This document shows, in pieces, positions 35,552 to 48,885 of a DNA stretch of 64,000 nt. Origin of the DNA: Octopus sinensis (taxonomy: Eukaryota); the NCBI RefSeq assembly GCF_006345805.1, contig NC_043000.1:58342001-58406000 (forward strand), written 5' to 3'. Position 1 is the first letter of the stretch. Every line of letters starts with the position of its first letter. The notes beneath the pieces are model-generated. The model was not told the DNA's origin and searched no databases. It saw nothing but the letters and a program-made list of their open reading frames with translations. The position numbers and the translations under genes are program-made.

Positions 35552-35865
35552 TGAAGGTGTATGGCTCAGTGGTTAGAGTGTCGGGCTCACAACCATGAGG
35601 TAATGAGTTCAATTCCCAAACTGGGCTGTGTGTTTGTTCTTGAGCAAGACATTTTATTTCATATTGCTCCAGTTCACTCTGCTGTAGAAATGAGTTGTGA
35701 TGTCACTGGTGCCAAGCTGTATCAACCTTTGACTTTCCCTTGGATAACACCAGTGGTGTGGAGAGGGGAAGCTGGTATTCCATAAACAACCTTGCCCAGG
35801 CTTGTGCCTCAAAGAGTAACTTTATAGGTGCAATCCCATGGTCGTTCATAACCGAAGAGGGTCTT
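35552..35865 (+). mobile_element. tRNA-derived SINE, third family (head ...TGGCTCAGTGGTTAGAGTG)
   Basis: A box TGGCTCAGTGG and B box GAGTTCAATTCC; relatives near 1082-1208 (-), 12660-12965 (-), 13135-13450 (+), 19585-19800 (+), 41040-41200 (-), 56030-56140 (-). Confidence 0.75.
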
Positions 35866-36486
35866 TTTTATAATATAAAGCAGGCATGGTCGACTATTTT
35901 TGAGTAGGGGGCTGCATGAGACATGGCTCATCATTAGGCAGGCTACAATATTTTTAACAGGTCAATGATTGCCTAAATTTTATTCACTGACTCAAAGAAA
36001 GTTTTGTAAAAAGACTGGCATGGTGAATATGTTGGCAAATAAGCTAAACAAGTATAAATCAGTAATCTTCCTAACTTTGTAAGAGTTCACACTATATTGA
36101 ATTTATTACTATCGAGAAAACAAATATCTGTTGTAAGACTTTTGCATATATAGTACAGAAATATGTTATTATTTTCATTTAAAAAAAAAGCAAAGAAAAC
36201 TTATATTAGATTTTTTTTATTCAAAATATAATAAAAGACCAACTAATGTCTATACAAAATGAAGAACAGAATTGAGAATACATTTCTCAGTACTTAGAAT
36301 ATTTCTCCAACTTCTTTTCCCTTCAATGTAACAATACATCATACATAATTCTGGAGCAAAATACATAGACTATAATCTAATGCATCTCAGAAACTCCAAA
36401 AAAATCTTAAGTTGCTGTTGTTTAATCAATCCCATCCTATATAGCATAATACCATATCAGGAGAAATATTACTATATCATCTAAAC

Positions 36487-36721
36487 CAGTGGTTCTCAAT
36501 TATATGATCCATATAAGATTTTGTTGTTAAAATTTATGTGCAATGAACTAGTTATATTTTTACAATGCACAAAATATTCAAATATTTTTAATGCAATTCC
36601 AAATAATATTTAATCCTAAAAATATAAGAGTTTTTAGACACTGAATGGCTATGAGGGTCCCAACCCTAACTAGAATAAGAACCAAAGGGAACCATAGGCA
36701 AAAAATGGTTGAGAACCACTG
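36487..36721. mobile_element. hAT-family MITE (235 bp)
   Basis: 13-bp TIR CAGTGGTTCTCAA/TTGAGAACCACTG and perfect 8-bp TSD ATCTAAAC (36479-86, 36722-29); partial relatives near 16127 and 48785. Confidence 0.9.
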
Positions 36722-37387
36722 ATCTAAACTATTCTCAAGAATAGGTGAACTGAAACAATGAAGAATTAAGTGCATGGATTAAATACAAAACAAAGTACTC
36801 ATACTTGAAACTTGTTTTGCTAGTTGTCCTTTCTGTCACTCATTTTAAATATCACCACCTAACTTTGGTGTGTTTTTAGCAGAGTCCACTTTGTTGAAAG
36901 CATCTGGACCAGGTTTTCAGTCTGAGGATGACTCAATATGTTGAAGAGTTGTTTCTTACTGCAGTAACCTTTAAATCATAATTGACATTCAAACACATAC
37001 AACAGTAGTCTCAGAGGTTCTCAAAATGTGATGGCTGCTGCTTTTTTTTTCCTTTCAGAATAACTCCTATAGAGATCAATACCATGTCCACTCTGCAATT
37101 CTACTTATATAGAAACACTGAGCGAGTATACCCATTCTTAAAAGACAAAATTTGGAAGCTGAAATAGCTATTGCCACTAATCATAATGCCACTGATAATG
37201 ACACAATAAATGCTGTTGCAATTGGGCAATGTAAATCTTCCTTTAATTTTAAACCTAATTTTAAAATTGAATTGACTGAATAAGACTGAAAGAACAAGAT
37301 CAGCAGGTTGAACCACCCAAAGAAAAATATAACAATTTCATGATGGGTGAAAAATTACATGTAAGAAAAACAAAAAATACTATTTAC

Positions 37388-37581
37388 CGATCTAGTTGCC
37401 TATTGTTCAATGACTTCAGGCTGTGTGAGGATTTATTGTTGTTTTGGCTGTCTTTTGATTTTGTAGTCCATCTGAATATGCATGGAATTGCTCCTTTGCG
37501 TAGATCTCGTCTCCCAGTCAAAGTTCGCTTAAAATCGTCGGGTCTAAAATGTGCACTACACACTTTGGTGTGCTTTCTGAT
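37388..37581 (-). CDS. THAP-domain gene, exon 2 (IRKHTKVCSAHFRPDDF...GAIPCIFRW...)
   Basis: ttttctAG acceptor, phase 0; supplies the CSxHF zinc ligands and the AVPTIF-like box; CG/GTAAAT donor, phase 2. Confidence 0.88.
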
Positions 37582-38619
37582 CTAGAAAATTGCAATAAGT
37601 TAAGAGAAAAACAAATACTATGGAAATATTTTTTAAAAATTACACAGACAACTTGAAAATAAATAGACACTATCCTTTTCAAAATATTTATTTCTAGAAA
37701 ATAATGTCATTTGAGCCATTTAAATACTTGATCTAGCATTTAGTAGACATGCCCTGTGCATAATACATTAACAAGTTTGAAGCACCAGGTTGGGTCAGCA
37801 CAGATAAAATGGTTAAATGAGGACATCTATTTACTTTTGAGATATCTGTGTATGCAAGATGTCAACAATTGTATGTATGAATTGTTGAAGCATGATTTCA
37901 CAAACAAGACATAATAACATATATAAACTACTGCATATGATTACTTATAAACTATGTATATAAAGGTTCCTAATTTAGGTATAAGGCCAAAAATTCTTGA
38001 GGGGAAATAGGGATTAGTTGATTCCATCAACACCAGTACTTACTAGTACTTTATTTTGTCAACCCCAGAGGGATTAAAACCAAAAGTGATCTTGGTTGGA
38101 AATGTCTCTAGTTTCTCTGGTAGTGGCTCAAGAGTCAGTATGTTTCTTGAGGATAAGAAGGGACACCATTGCTGGACCCTGCACATGATGCTGAATGGTT
38201 GATAGGTGGCTGTTCACCTTAACCACTGAGCAGATGTTATTGCCAATCACAAAAAATGGGACTTAAATCAGCTGATGTAAGGATAACCACCAAGTATTAG
38301 ACATCGATCTTATTGAAAGCTTTCAATCTAAGTTGATCAGGGCACCCCCCCCCCCCATTGACCTCGCATAAGAGATTTCTTACCCTACCTCTCTATGATG
38401 TATTGCACAAGGTGGAGGCTGTAGTGAATAAGTAAGGATGATATATGTTTATACATCACCAATCAGACCATCAATGATAACTTTTTAGCAAAAATCTTGA
38501 AATCTGAGTTTAATAGAATTGTGGGCAAAAAATTATCAATGTGATCCCATTTGCTTGGGTTCTTTTTTAGTACCATTCCTTAATTCACAGAACTGAGCAT
38601 TCTTCTATTTTGCTGTTAG

Positions 38620-39900
38620 TTGCAATCAATGTCTGTCAAGAGGTCTTCAAACAAATCTGGCATCCAAAGTAAAGCTCACATGGCAGACCATCCAGGCGTG
38701 GCAATTTTTTTCCTGTATAGCCAACCATCACTTCTTGTATTTCTTAAGCTGTCATTAGCTTTTTGCAACACTCTACCTCTCTGGCTGTGAGTTGTGGTAG
38801 GCCATTGAAGTAGACACAAAAATTCATCCTGTGATCTGGCCTTCCATCCATCCCAAACAATCAAGAAAAGCATCATTGAAAATCCATACACAACTATTTG
38901 GGATCAAGTAACATATATCCACCATGGTCTGCCAAAAACCGAATTGTGTCTTTGTCTTCATTTTGCATTTCTGCCACTATAAGTCTCATTAAACTGCTTT
39001 TGTCTCCTCATGACTTAGAGATTTGTCTGAAGACCTCTTGACAGACAATATAGCCTTTGTGCTTCGTGTTCATGAATTGATCAAAGCCAATCAATCTCAC
39101 CACAGGCATGTCAGTTGCCTTTCTTATGCAGTTTCTAAGTTACCCTCTATTCTAGTTTTCTCTATCACTACTTCCTTACTAAAGTTAATCAATTCTGTTT
39201 TTAATTACTCTTTTCAAGGTAAACCACTAATTGTTAACAATTTTCCCTGTCAACACCCACTTAACTGATTTGCTGATCTGCTCTCTGTAAGCATTGTGTG
39301 CTGAGAGTGATGCATTCAGTTTCCAGTGACTAGATCTCTGCTTACAAAGCCTATCCAAGTCAACTGTACAGAGCACAAATTTGTGATCTGTGTAGCTGGT
39401 TTTAAATTGTGGACAACCTATGCTATCCTTATCTACTAGTCAGCCGAAATACTCTTTCAAGAAACACTACTGAATACTCTATCTAGAAATAATGTGGATA
39501 ACCTGATGCAGTTTGTCCATGACCACATTGGCACATCTGAGAAATCCAGTCAGTAACTGATAGGTAGTTGGAAATGTCCGAGCAGGTTTGTAAGGCTTTA
39601 ACACCCACCACTTCAATCAGCTAGTTCCACAGAGCCCAAGTCCCACGAGACCAAGGAGTGAGATGTCTCCAGGAGACACTGTAGATACCTACAGAAATCT
39701 GGATACCTGACTGCTGTTGATCCATAGATGGTTACTTATCTGAAGCTATGACCTTCACTGTTGTTCATGTCTAGTGCTACCAATTTCCCTTCTGGGTCCA
39801 AGATGGTTCAAAGCAAGACAACAACTTCACCTCCCACTCATGGTTGACTTGGAGGTAAGTTCTTTGTTTTTACACACAAATTTCCTTTCTATTACCAATC
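38620..39900 (-). mobile_element. Decayed Tx1/L1-clade LINE ORF2 (endonuclease and linker) in THAP intron 1
   Basis: Relic peptides WSWTNCIRLSTLFLDRVF, YTDHKFVLCTVDL...HWKLNASL, CKKLMTA*EIQEVMVGYTGKKLPRLDGLPCELY. Confidence 0.7.
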
Positions 39901-42715
39901 ACTTTACAGTATATATTGGGTGCATTCTATAATGCTGCCACAAGTAGTAGGAATAAAGAATTTTTCATATACTTGTCTCAGTGAGGTTTGTGAAATCTAT
40001 GTCACCTCTTCTTCCTTATTCTTGGCATGGCTTTCACTGTTGGATGCCTTCCCTACCATAACCCACCATGGATTGAATTGACTTTTATCTTGCCATCAGC
40101 AATAAAGAAGCTGTCTGCAGCAGGACCAAAAAGTCTTCTCATCTCTGTATCTGCTTTTATTCAAACATAAAGATATTCTTTCCAGCTCTAGGCCCAAGGC
40201 CCGAAATTTTTGGGGAGCGTGCCAGTCGATTAGATCGACCCCTGTACGCAACTGGTACTTAATTTATCGACCCCAAAAGGATGAAAGGCAAAGTCGACCT
40301 TTGCTAAGCATTTCGTGCTAACGTTTCCGCCAGCTCGCAGCCTTTCTATTATAAAAATATTATCAGATTCATGTTTATTAACTTTTCATTTTTTCTTTTG
40401 TTTTATTGAGGGTTTAACAATTTTTTTAGTTGGGGGAGATAACCCAATGTTTTAATGGGAGGTGAGCCCTACAGGCAATATCAGAAATATCAGAGAGATG
40501 TACTAGCTGGATGGCGTCGAAGGAACAAAAACGACCTCCACACCGTTTGAAGGCAAATATTTTTTCTTTATTTTAACGTTAAGGGAAGTAACTCTGAATA
40601 ATAATATGCACTGCTACCATGAGAACCAACATTATTTCTTCTTTATGAACAAGTTCGAAAGTTGTCAACAGAGAGAGGTTACAATTAGATGGAATCTCCA
40701 AGCGGTTTAAACGCACAAGTCTCCGACATCCAAGTGGCTAAAATGTGTCAGCAGAAGGGGACACAGGAGTCATGACCTGGATGCAGCTTGGTGTAAGAAG
40801 TTAAGGGTCGAATTACTTGCCTGCGTTGGGCTTTCTTCTCTGAAGACCTGCTGTTCAACTCTGTTGAGAGTTTCCTACCCGTGCCACCACCAAAAGGACG
40901 AGAATTTTGAATTAAATTATGCCCAGTAATTTATCAATCAGATGAAGCGTCAAGGTAAAAAATGTAATACCCAACACCAATGTAGGACTATGGCCTGTTG
41001 GTCCTGAAGTTCCCATCTATTTGTTTTTAGGCAAATCTACCATTCATCGCTGGCTTGCCAGCCCTGCTGCGACTTCACCACATTACTCATCTTTGTGAGC
41101 TGAGTGGGCTAGAGCAACATGCATTAAAGAGTTTTTCTCAAGAAACACAACGCATTGCCCAGTCCAAGTATTTGAACCATAATAATCTTACCAACACCCT
41201 AACTGCTAATCCAGGCACCTCCACCAAACGTCAAGGTATTTAATTAGAATTTGACTATATGTCAACAAACATGAAAATAAAAAAAAATAGTTCCAGTTTC
41301 ATGCAAAAATTCATCATTTCAGAAAAATAAAAGTTAATTAGAAAATAAAAAATTAAATCACATATGACAATGAATAGGGAATATATTGACAAATGACATG
41401 ATGATGTACAGTCTACCTGGGGCAACTAATGAATACATAAAAACAACACGTCCTACAGAAAACATTTGGTGGGTTTTAGTTGTTTATATAATAGGCCTTG
41501 CAATACAATAATCTTTAATGGGTTTACTTTTCAGAGCACCAATGGAAGAAGTGGACCACAAGGGGGTCTGTGTTGAAAAATAAACCTCATTTGGTCATAT
41601 TCCATTGGTCAGCCAATGAACTTTTCAGCTGACCCTTGTAAAGAATAATTTATTGAACAACTGCTGACACAATAAAGCAATCAATGATATTTCAGAATTA
41701 TGCTACATAATAAGAAACTACTAAAACATCTCAAATAGTGCACCCATGTATGTCTTTAAAAATATTCATCACACATCATCTCTGTCATCCTAATTTTAAT
41801 ATACAATTTTCAATGCTAGCTTGGGTTTAATGGGACAGATCTACTGTACTGAATAAGAGTGCAACTATGGCTCTGTAATTAAGGTTGCTTTGTAATCATT
41901 TAGATCCAAGTTCAATCTCACTGTGTATCACATTGACCAAGTACTGTCTACCATAACTTCAGACTGGTCAATATCTTGTGAGTAGAATTTGGTAAACAGA
42001 AACTATGTAAGCCATTATTGATTCTTCTCAATCCTAACTTATCTTGTCTATGAGATCTGAAGTTTGATCTCACTACTGCTTTCCATGTCTTTCTTTACTT
42101 CAAGTACTTTTCACTGTTAGCTCATTGCACCTCTTTTCCCAACAGATATAAAGATATGCCAGTACTATTTTTTCCCCTTAATATCCAGTTATACATCCTG
42201 CTCACCTAGCATTCAGTCTACCTCTCATAGAAGTTCCTGTTGTCTGTTTAACAGACTATATTCAACCTGTTTCTCTCTAATCCCCAAAGATCTTCCATGC
42301 CCAGTTACACGTCTGCCCACCATGCAGCATTATATTTCTTACAACTGATTCATAGTCACAGTCCATATCCATAAAGGGCAAACATGCTCTCATTAACAAT
42401 TGTCAACTTCTTATCATCAAACACTGAGTCCTTTTCTCTGCTGGTATTCTTCATTATGCCTCATCTTCCAGACTGAACCGAATATACTTCCGAATGCTTT
42501 AACATTAATGTTATGCTGTTCCATTGTCAGAGCTGGGTTAAGCAATAAACAAAATAAGCAATATGCTTAGGACACCAGGGAAAGGAACACTATAAAGTAT
42601 TTTTGAGGGCCAGATTGCAAATGACAATAATTTTTTTAAATTGTACACAATTAGTATTTTCCTGTCTGTTGTCCTAGTTATAATTAAATAATTTGCATAC
42701 ATATAATTTGTGTAG

Positions 42716-43450
42716 TCATGGCTGTGTGGTAAGATGCTTACTTCCCAATCACATTGTTCCAAGTTCAGTCCCACTGTGTGGCACCTTGGGCAAGTACCTT
42801 CTACTACAGGTATGTTTAAGAACGGTTTTCTTAGGAAATGGTAGTACAATATATTCATAAAGTGAATGGATTTGGCAGAGATCATCATCATTTAATATCC
42901 GCTTTCCATGCTGGCATGGGTTGGACGGTTTGACTGAGGACTGGTAAGCTAGAGGCAGCACCAGGCTCAATCTGATCTGGCTAAGTTTCTACAGCTGGAT
43001 GCCCTTCCTAACGCTAACCACTTCGAGTGTGTAGTGGGTGCTTTTACGTGCCACTGGCACGAGGGACAGTCAGGCGGTTCTGGCAATGACCACGCTCAAA
43101 TGGTGTTTTTACATGCTACCTGCACGGGAGCCAATCTGGTGACACTGGCAACGACCATACTCGAATGTTGTTTTTCACATGTCACCGGCAACGATCACGC
43201 TCGAATGGTGCTTTTCATGTGTCACTGGCAACAATCATGCTCGGATGTGCTTTTAACGTCCCACTGGCACAAAAGAAGCCCATTGTATATGTACATATAT
43301 GTGTGTGTTTATGTGTCTGTATTTGTCCTCCCGCCATTACTTGATAACTGATACTGATGTGTTTAAGTCCTTGTAACTTAGTGGTTCAGCAAAAGAGACT
43401 GATAGAATAAGTACTAGGCTCACAAAGAATAAGTGCTGGGATCAATTTCT
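42716..43450 (+). mobile_element. SINE (23011 family) split by a nested RTE-3'UTR-type insertion at about 42880-43270
   Basis: SINE head at 42716, resumes at AAAGAAGCCC near 43272; the insert begins with ATC repeats. Confidence 0.75.
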
Positions 43451-43474
43451 TTAACTAAATCTCTTTAAGGTTTA

Positions 43475-45612
43475 AAGTTGACTGTGGCAGAATTTGAACT
43501 CAAAACATAAAACTGGAAGAAATGCCACTAGATCATCTGATGCTCAAATGATTCTGCCCAGCTCTAATTTTGGCACAAGGCCAGTAATTTTTTTTTGGGG
43601 CGGGTGAAGTCAATTACATTGACTCCAATACTTGACTGGAACTTATTTTATTGACTCATAAGTGATAAAAGGCAAAGTTGATCCTGGCAGAATTTGAACT
43701 TAGAACATAACGAGTCAGAAGAAATACTACTAGGCATTTTGTTCAACACTAATGATTCTGCCAATTTGTTGCTTTAATTAGCATTGCCATACCTGAACAG
43801 TCAAAATTTAAGGTACGTCCACTGACAATTACCATGCTCCTCTGTGACTCTACCCAACATACCTTTGATGTTAGATATATAATTTTTGTAAGTAATAGAG
43901 GTGGAGATTCCAGACTTTCGGAGAATTTTTAAAATTCTTCCCAGATTCAAATTTTGACATCTGAATTCAAAACATATCCTGGAAACTATAGACGCATCAC
44001 AACCCTAGCCTTAATAATACTAATACTAATAATAATAATTCAAATTTTGGCATAAGGCCAGAAATTTGGAGGAGGGGCAAGTCAAGTTATATCAACCTGA
44101 GTTCCCAACTGGTACTTATTTTATCGACTCTGAAAGAATTCATTTCAGTCAATCTCAGTAGAATTTGAACTCAGAATGTAGTTGGAAGAAATACAGCTAA
44201 GTAATTTTTCCAGTGCAGTAACATTTCTGCCAACTCATCACAATAATAATAATGGTTTGAAATTCTGACACAAGGCCAACAATTTCAGTCGGGGTGAGAA
44301 GTCATTACATCGACTCCAGTGCTCAACTGGTACTTATTTTATTAACCCTGAAAGGATGAAAGGCAAAGTTGACCTTGGCGCAATTTGAATTCAAAATGTA
44401 AAGATGGACGAAATGCTGCTCAGAATTTTTTCTGGCACGGTAAGAATTCTGCCAGCTAGCCACAATAATAATAGTAATAATAATCCTTTCCTCTATAGGC
44501 ACTAAGTCTGGATTTTTGTGGGGAGGGGGACAATCGATCACATCAACCCCAGTACTTGACTGGTACTTAAAGGATGAAGGGCAAAGTCAACCTCAGCAGG
44601 ATTTGAACTCAGAACATAGTGAAAGGCGAAATACCACTAAGCATTTTGTCCAGCATGCTAACAATTCTACCAGCTTGCTGCTTTGATAATGATAATAATA
44701 ATAATGATAATAATAATAATCCTTTCTACCATAGACACAAAACCTGAAATTTTGCAGGAGGGGACTCGTCGATTACATTGACCCCAGTGTTTCACTGGTA
44801 CTTAATTTATCGACCCTGAGAGGATGAAATGCAAAGTCGACCTCGGTGGAATTTGAACTCAGAATGTAAAGACAAATGAAATGCCGCTAAGCAATTTGTC
44901 TGGCATGCTAACAATTCTACCAGCTCACCGCTTTCAATAATAATAATAATAATGGTTTCAAATTTTGCCGCAAGGGCAGCAATTTCGGGGGTGGGGTGAG
45001 TCGATTACATCGACCCCACTGTTCAACTGCTACTTATTTTATTGAGCCCAAAAGGATGAAAGGCAAAGTTGACATCGGTGGAATTTGAACTCAGAACGTA
45101 ATGACAGACGATATGCTACTAAGCATTTTGCCTGGCATGCTAATGATTCTGCCACCTCACTGCCTTAATAATGATAATAATAATCCTTTCTGGTAAAGGC
45201 ACAAGGCCTGAAATTTTGAGGGCAGAAACTAGTCGATTAAATCAATCCCGGTGTTTCACTGACACTAAGTTTATCGACCCCAAAGGATGAAAGGCAAAGT
45301 CGACCTCGGCGGAATTTGAACTCAAAACGTAAAGACGGACGAAAAGCCGCTAAGCATTTTGCCAGGCGCGCTAACGATTCTGCCAGATAACAGCCTTCAA
45401 TAATAATAATAATCTTTTCTACTCTAGGCATAAAGGCCAAAATTTTGGGGGAGGGGGCCAATCGATTAGATCAACCCAGAATGCAACTGGTACTTAATTT
45501 ATCGACCCCGAAAGGATGAAAGACAAAGTCGACCTCGGCGGAAAAGACGGACGAACAGCCGCTAAGCATTTTTGCCCGGCGTGCTACGATTCTGCCAGCT
45601 AACAGCCTTCAA
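43475..45612 (-). mobile_element. Array of about 9 same-orientation tRNA-derived SINEs, most separated by (AAT)n, in THAP intron 1
   Basis: Repeated about 210-bp unit (+ strand ...GGATGAAAGGCAAAGTCGACCTCGGCGGAATTTGAACTC...); B box GAGTTCAAATTCC on -; a roughly 250-bp interruption near 43790-44030. Confidence 0.9.
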
Positions 45613-46786
45613 TAATAATAATCACGAGAAGAAAAAGAAGAAGAAGAAGAATCATTATTATTATTTTCTTAACCACTAACGGTTAACAAAAACATAACAA
45701 TTTGTTAATTAAATACCAATCCACATTAAGAACTTCGTGTGCTATTTGGCTGAGGGTTGAAATCGAGCAGTGGATTTCACTGGATTAAATTTTACAGCTA
45801 ACAACCAATTCATTCATTATAGCAACAACAACGATAAAAGCTGTTAACGGCCTTAGAGTATTTTTCAAAGAGAGACCCCCGCTAGATTCCACTTTAAAAA
45901 ACACTCGTGTAAAGTGCACTGCAGCATCATTAACAAGTCCCTTCTCTGTCTTATCAGTAATTCAACAACTGGTGTTTACATGTGATACAAGCCAACGAAG
46001 GATCCTCAACACAGTTGCTCGACCTGCTAGAAATAGCAACTGCATACGCTTTATCAAACTGCAATTTTTTTTAAAGCAACAGCGTATAGGACAGTGTAGT
46101 TTCTGGTAGCCAAAATGTCGTGATGGTCACGACTGGAATATCTTTAATCATAGATCTGTTCAATCGGGGTTGACTGAGGTTAAACGACTACAAGTGATAC
46201 GCCCACCTAACCTTCAAAAGAATAAATGAAATTTATAGATTTCATGGTCTGAAATAATTGTTTATATTTCTGATTGGCAGAACGAAACATTGTATATTGA
46301 ATAGGAAGTGCATGGTTTTGTGCGTGCGTGTGTTTAGATGTCAGATTGAAAATAACTTTTCAGAAAGGTAAAAATTAAAACCTACAAAAGCAATCTGTTA
46401 CGAAAAAATAAGAAAAACAGATAAACTTATTTTAATTATAGAATTTTGATGATTTTTTTTTCTCTCGCCACATTTTGGGAGTGCAACAGTGTTTTTCTTA
46501 TTCGAAGTCGAATGAAAGATAAAGTTCTTTAATAAACTAATAACAGCTCTTACAAGGAGCGGTGAAAAGGTAGTACTAAGATAGTAATTTCAACAAAATA
46601 AACTGTGCCGTAATTATCTTATTTTCAGTTTTATTATAATTATTTACTTATTTATTTTCTAGTTAAATCGCTTGCAAAGAAGTAAACGATGTACTTAGAA
46701 TAATTTATAGATTTTTTTCCATACTAAAAGGGAACACCATTACACATGCACAGTATTGTTTATAATAACATATAAGCAGGTCTTAC

Positions 46787-46936
46787 TCGGAAGAGAGGTC
46801 CTTCGTCTCTTTTTATTTTACTCGTCCACTCTTTGCGAAGTTTTTCATCTTTTGGGAAACTGTGGAAGGAAAGTATTTTATCTTGGTCGTAGCGTGCATC
46901 GTTTTTACACATAGGTACACAACAATGATGAGCCAT
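46787..46936 (-). CDS. THAP-domain gene, coding exon 1 (MAHHCCVPMCKNDARY...FHSFPKDEKLRKEWTSKIKRDEGPLFR)
   Basis: AACATGG start context (alternative in-frame ATG at 46969); C-x-x-P-x-C, FHxFP and W THAP signature; CGA/GTAAGA donor, phase 0. Confidence 0.88.
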
Positions 46937-48885
46937 GTTCGCTTGCTTCAGCGGCCTCGATTTCATCATTGACACTTGCACGGAAAACTACGGACTTTTA
47001 CGGATATAACAGGTATAAGAGTTTTCAAGATATCATTACGGAACAGAAATTCATTCATTATATTTTGTTTTGTTTGTCTTTTTTCTTTAAATTTCTTTTT
47101 TAATCTGTCCTTAATAGATTTGAAAATACAGTTTGTGAAAATAAATAAAAATAAAAAGAAGAATTTACAATTCAAACAGTAGTGTAAAATGAGAGAAGGT
47201 AACTATATTAAAAAAAAAAATTGTAAACGATTATGCTGTCAGTAATGATAGCTAAATTCTAATGTCCATGCTTAAATTTAGTACTACGAATTAAAATTTT
47301 TATTTTAATTCAACCTAGAGATATCACTTCTTTAAGCTTTAACCTTCTTTGAAAATGTAAAATGGAATGCTGAGAAAAGTTCTTTAGAAATTCCAATTCT
47401 TTATGCAGACGACATTTTCAGGGGGAAAAAAAATGAAAAAATTTTGATTGATGAACATAAAATGAATTTTAAATAAGATGAATAAAAAGAATAAACAATT
47501 GTTTATGGTTTAATCTTAATCATATTTCATTTTATTTGTTTACCTGCAGCTTTTTTTTCTGTTTTTGTTCTCTTTTTCTTGATTTATTTACCCTTCCACC
47601 ATACAGACAATTCTGAAGAGGAAGTGAGGTGGTAGGAAACCGAATAATTCAGTAAGATAAGAGCTGTTGATTTTCAGTTTGAGTTGTAAATGGTATGAAA
47701 GAACACACTCGCAGAGAGAGATTCTAGAATGGAATGAAATGCCCCTACTGCTTGTGTTTAAATGTTAGGCCCAACTGATAAATTGGTGGGCCGAGAATTA
47801 GTGTGCCATTGATATGCTTCTTCAACAAACTAAATAGTAAGATATAATATGCTAGAGATTAACTAATAAATATATGTTAATTCTGAAGCTATGGTGAGGA
47901 ATTTTATAATGAAATTTACTGTTACGAATTGCTGATTAGTCTTTGGCTTATGTTTCAATTCAGTGTCGGTAAACATATCTGATTGCTTAGATTTGCTGAG
48001 GAGATCTAATAAGATCGAAATATATCCGGAGCTGCCAAAGATTAGATTCACTTCTCAAGATATTCTATCTTTAATTAATTTTTATTCCGTGTTTGTCTCC
48101 TCTGTCTTTTCTTATTAAGGTATGGATTTTCTCTTCATTACGAATATAATTTTAATCAATTAATATTTATAGGCTTACTACATCAGTTGTGTTAACGCCG
48201 ATTTTACAGATTGTTTGATATAAAGTAAGTTTCTGTTTTTCGTAGGCTCTTTCTTTGGCATTTTAAAAATTTTACAAACCAATTAAAAAAAATCTTTCGA
48301 AGCTTGATTAAATGGGTGCCGAATAATTGATAGTGCTGCGTGTCTTTCCAAGTAATAAAACCAAATCCATTTAAAGTTTTTGGGGAAATTATTTATTTAT
48401 ACATAAACATTACAATAGTTACAATAGTTTCTTGCTGGGTGTTGTATCGCTGATTACCAGTAGTGAGTAGCGTATGTTTGACCAAGATTTAGAAAGCTAC
48501 ATCTTCGTGTTGGCTAGCAGAAGGAAAGTTCTGTATTCATTGTAAACGAAATGATTCTTTTAAACTAAGGTCGGTCAACTGATCAAGAATCCTGTTCGTC
48601 TATCTTCTCTACAATAATTGTGTCGCGACCACATTTTGTGGGGAAACCATGGAATTTTCTATTGATTATACGGTTGCCGCTGAAATACTATTGGTCATAA
48701 TTCAGGACGAGTTGCCTGAAATGCTGTAATTTATTTCTCGTTACTGAGCTAAAGCCGTTTCAAATCTAAGCCCCTAGGTCAGTATGCTTATGGACCCCTT
48801 CGATTCCTATTTTACACAGCTTGACCCACCCCCCGTAGCCATTTGATGTTTTAAAAGTTCCTATTATATTTTATAATTAAATATT

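Noticed and set aside
36850-37075. Alternative third exons for the THAP gene (RSYSERKKKAAAITF* or RKKQLFNIL...HQS*)
   Set aside because: Weaker acceptors and no recognisable motif; the 34443 exon has a stronger acceptor and the DHSY motif. Not excluded as minor isoforms.
47863-48051. 62-aa ORF upstream of the THAP gene and a possible divergent gene at 47.6-48.8 kb
   Set aside because: No consistent splice signals or recognisable protein motif in any frame I read.
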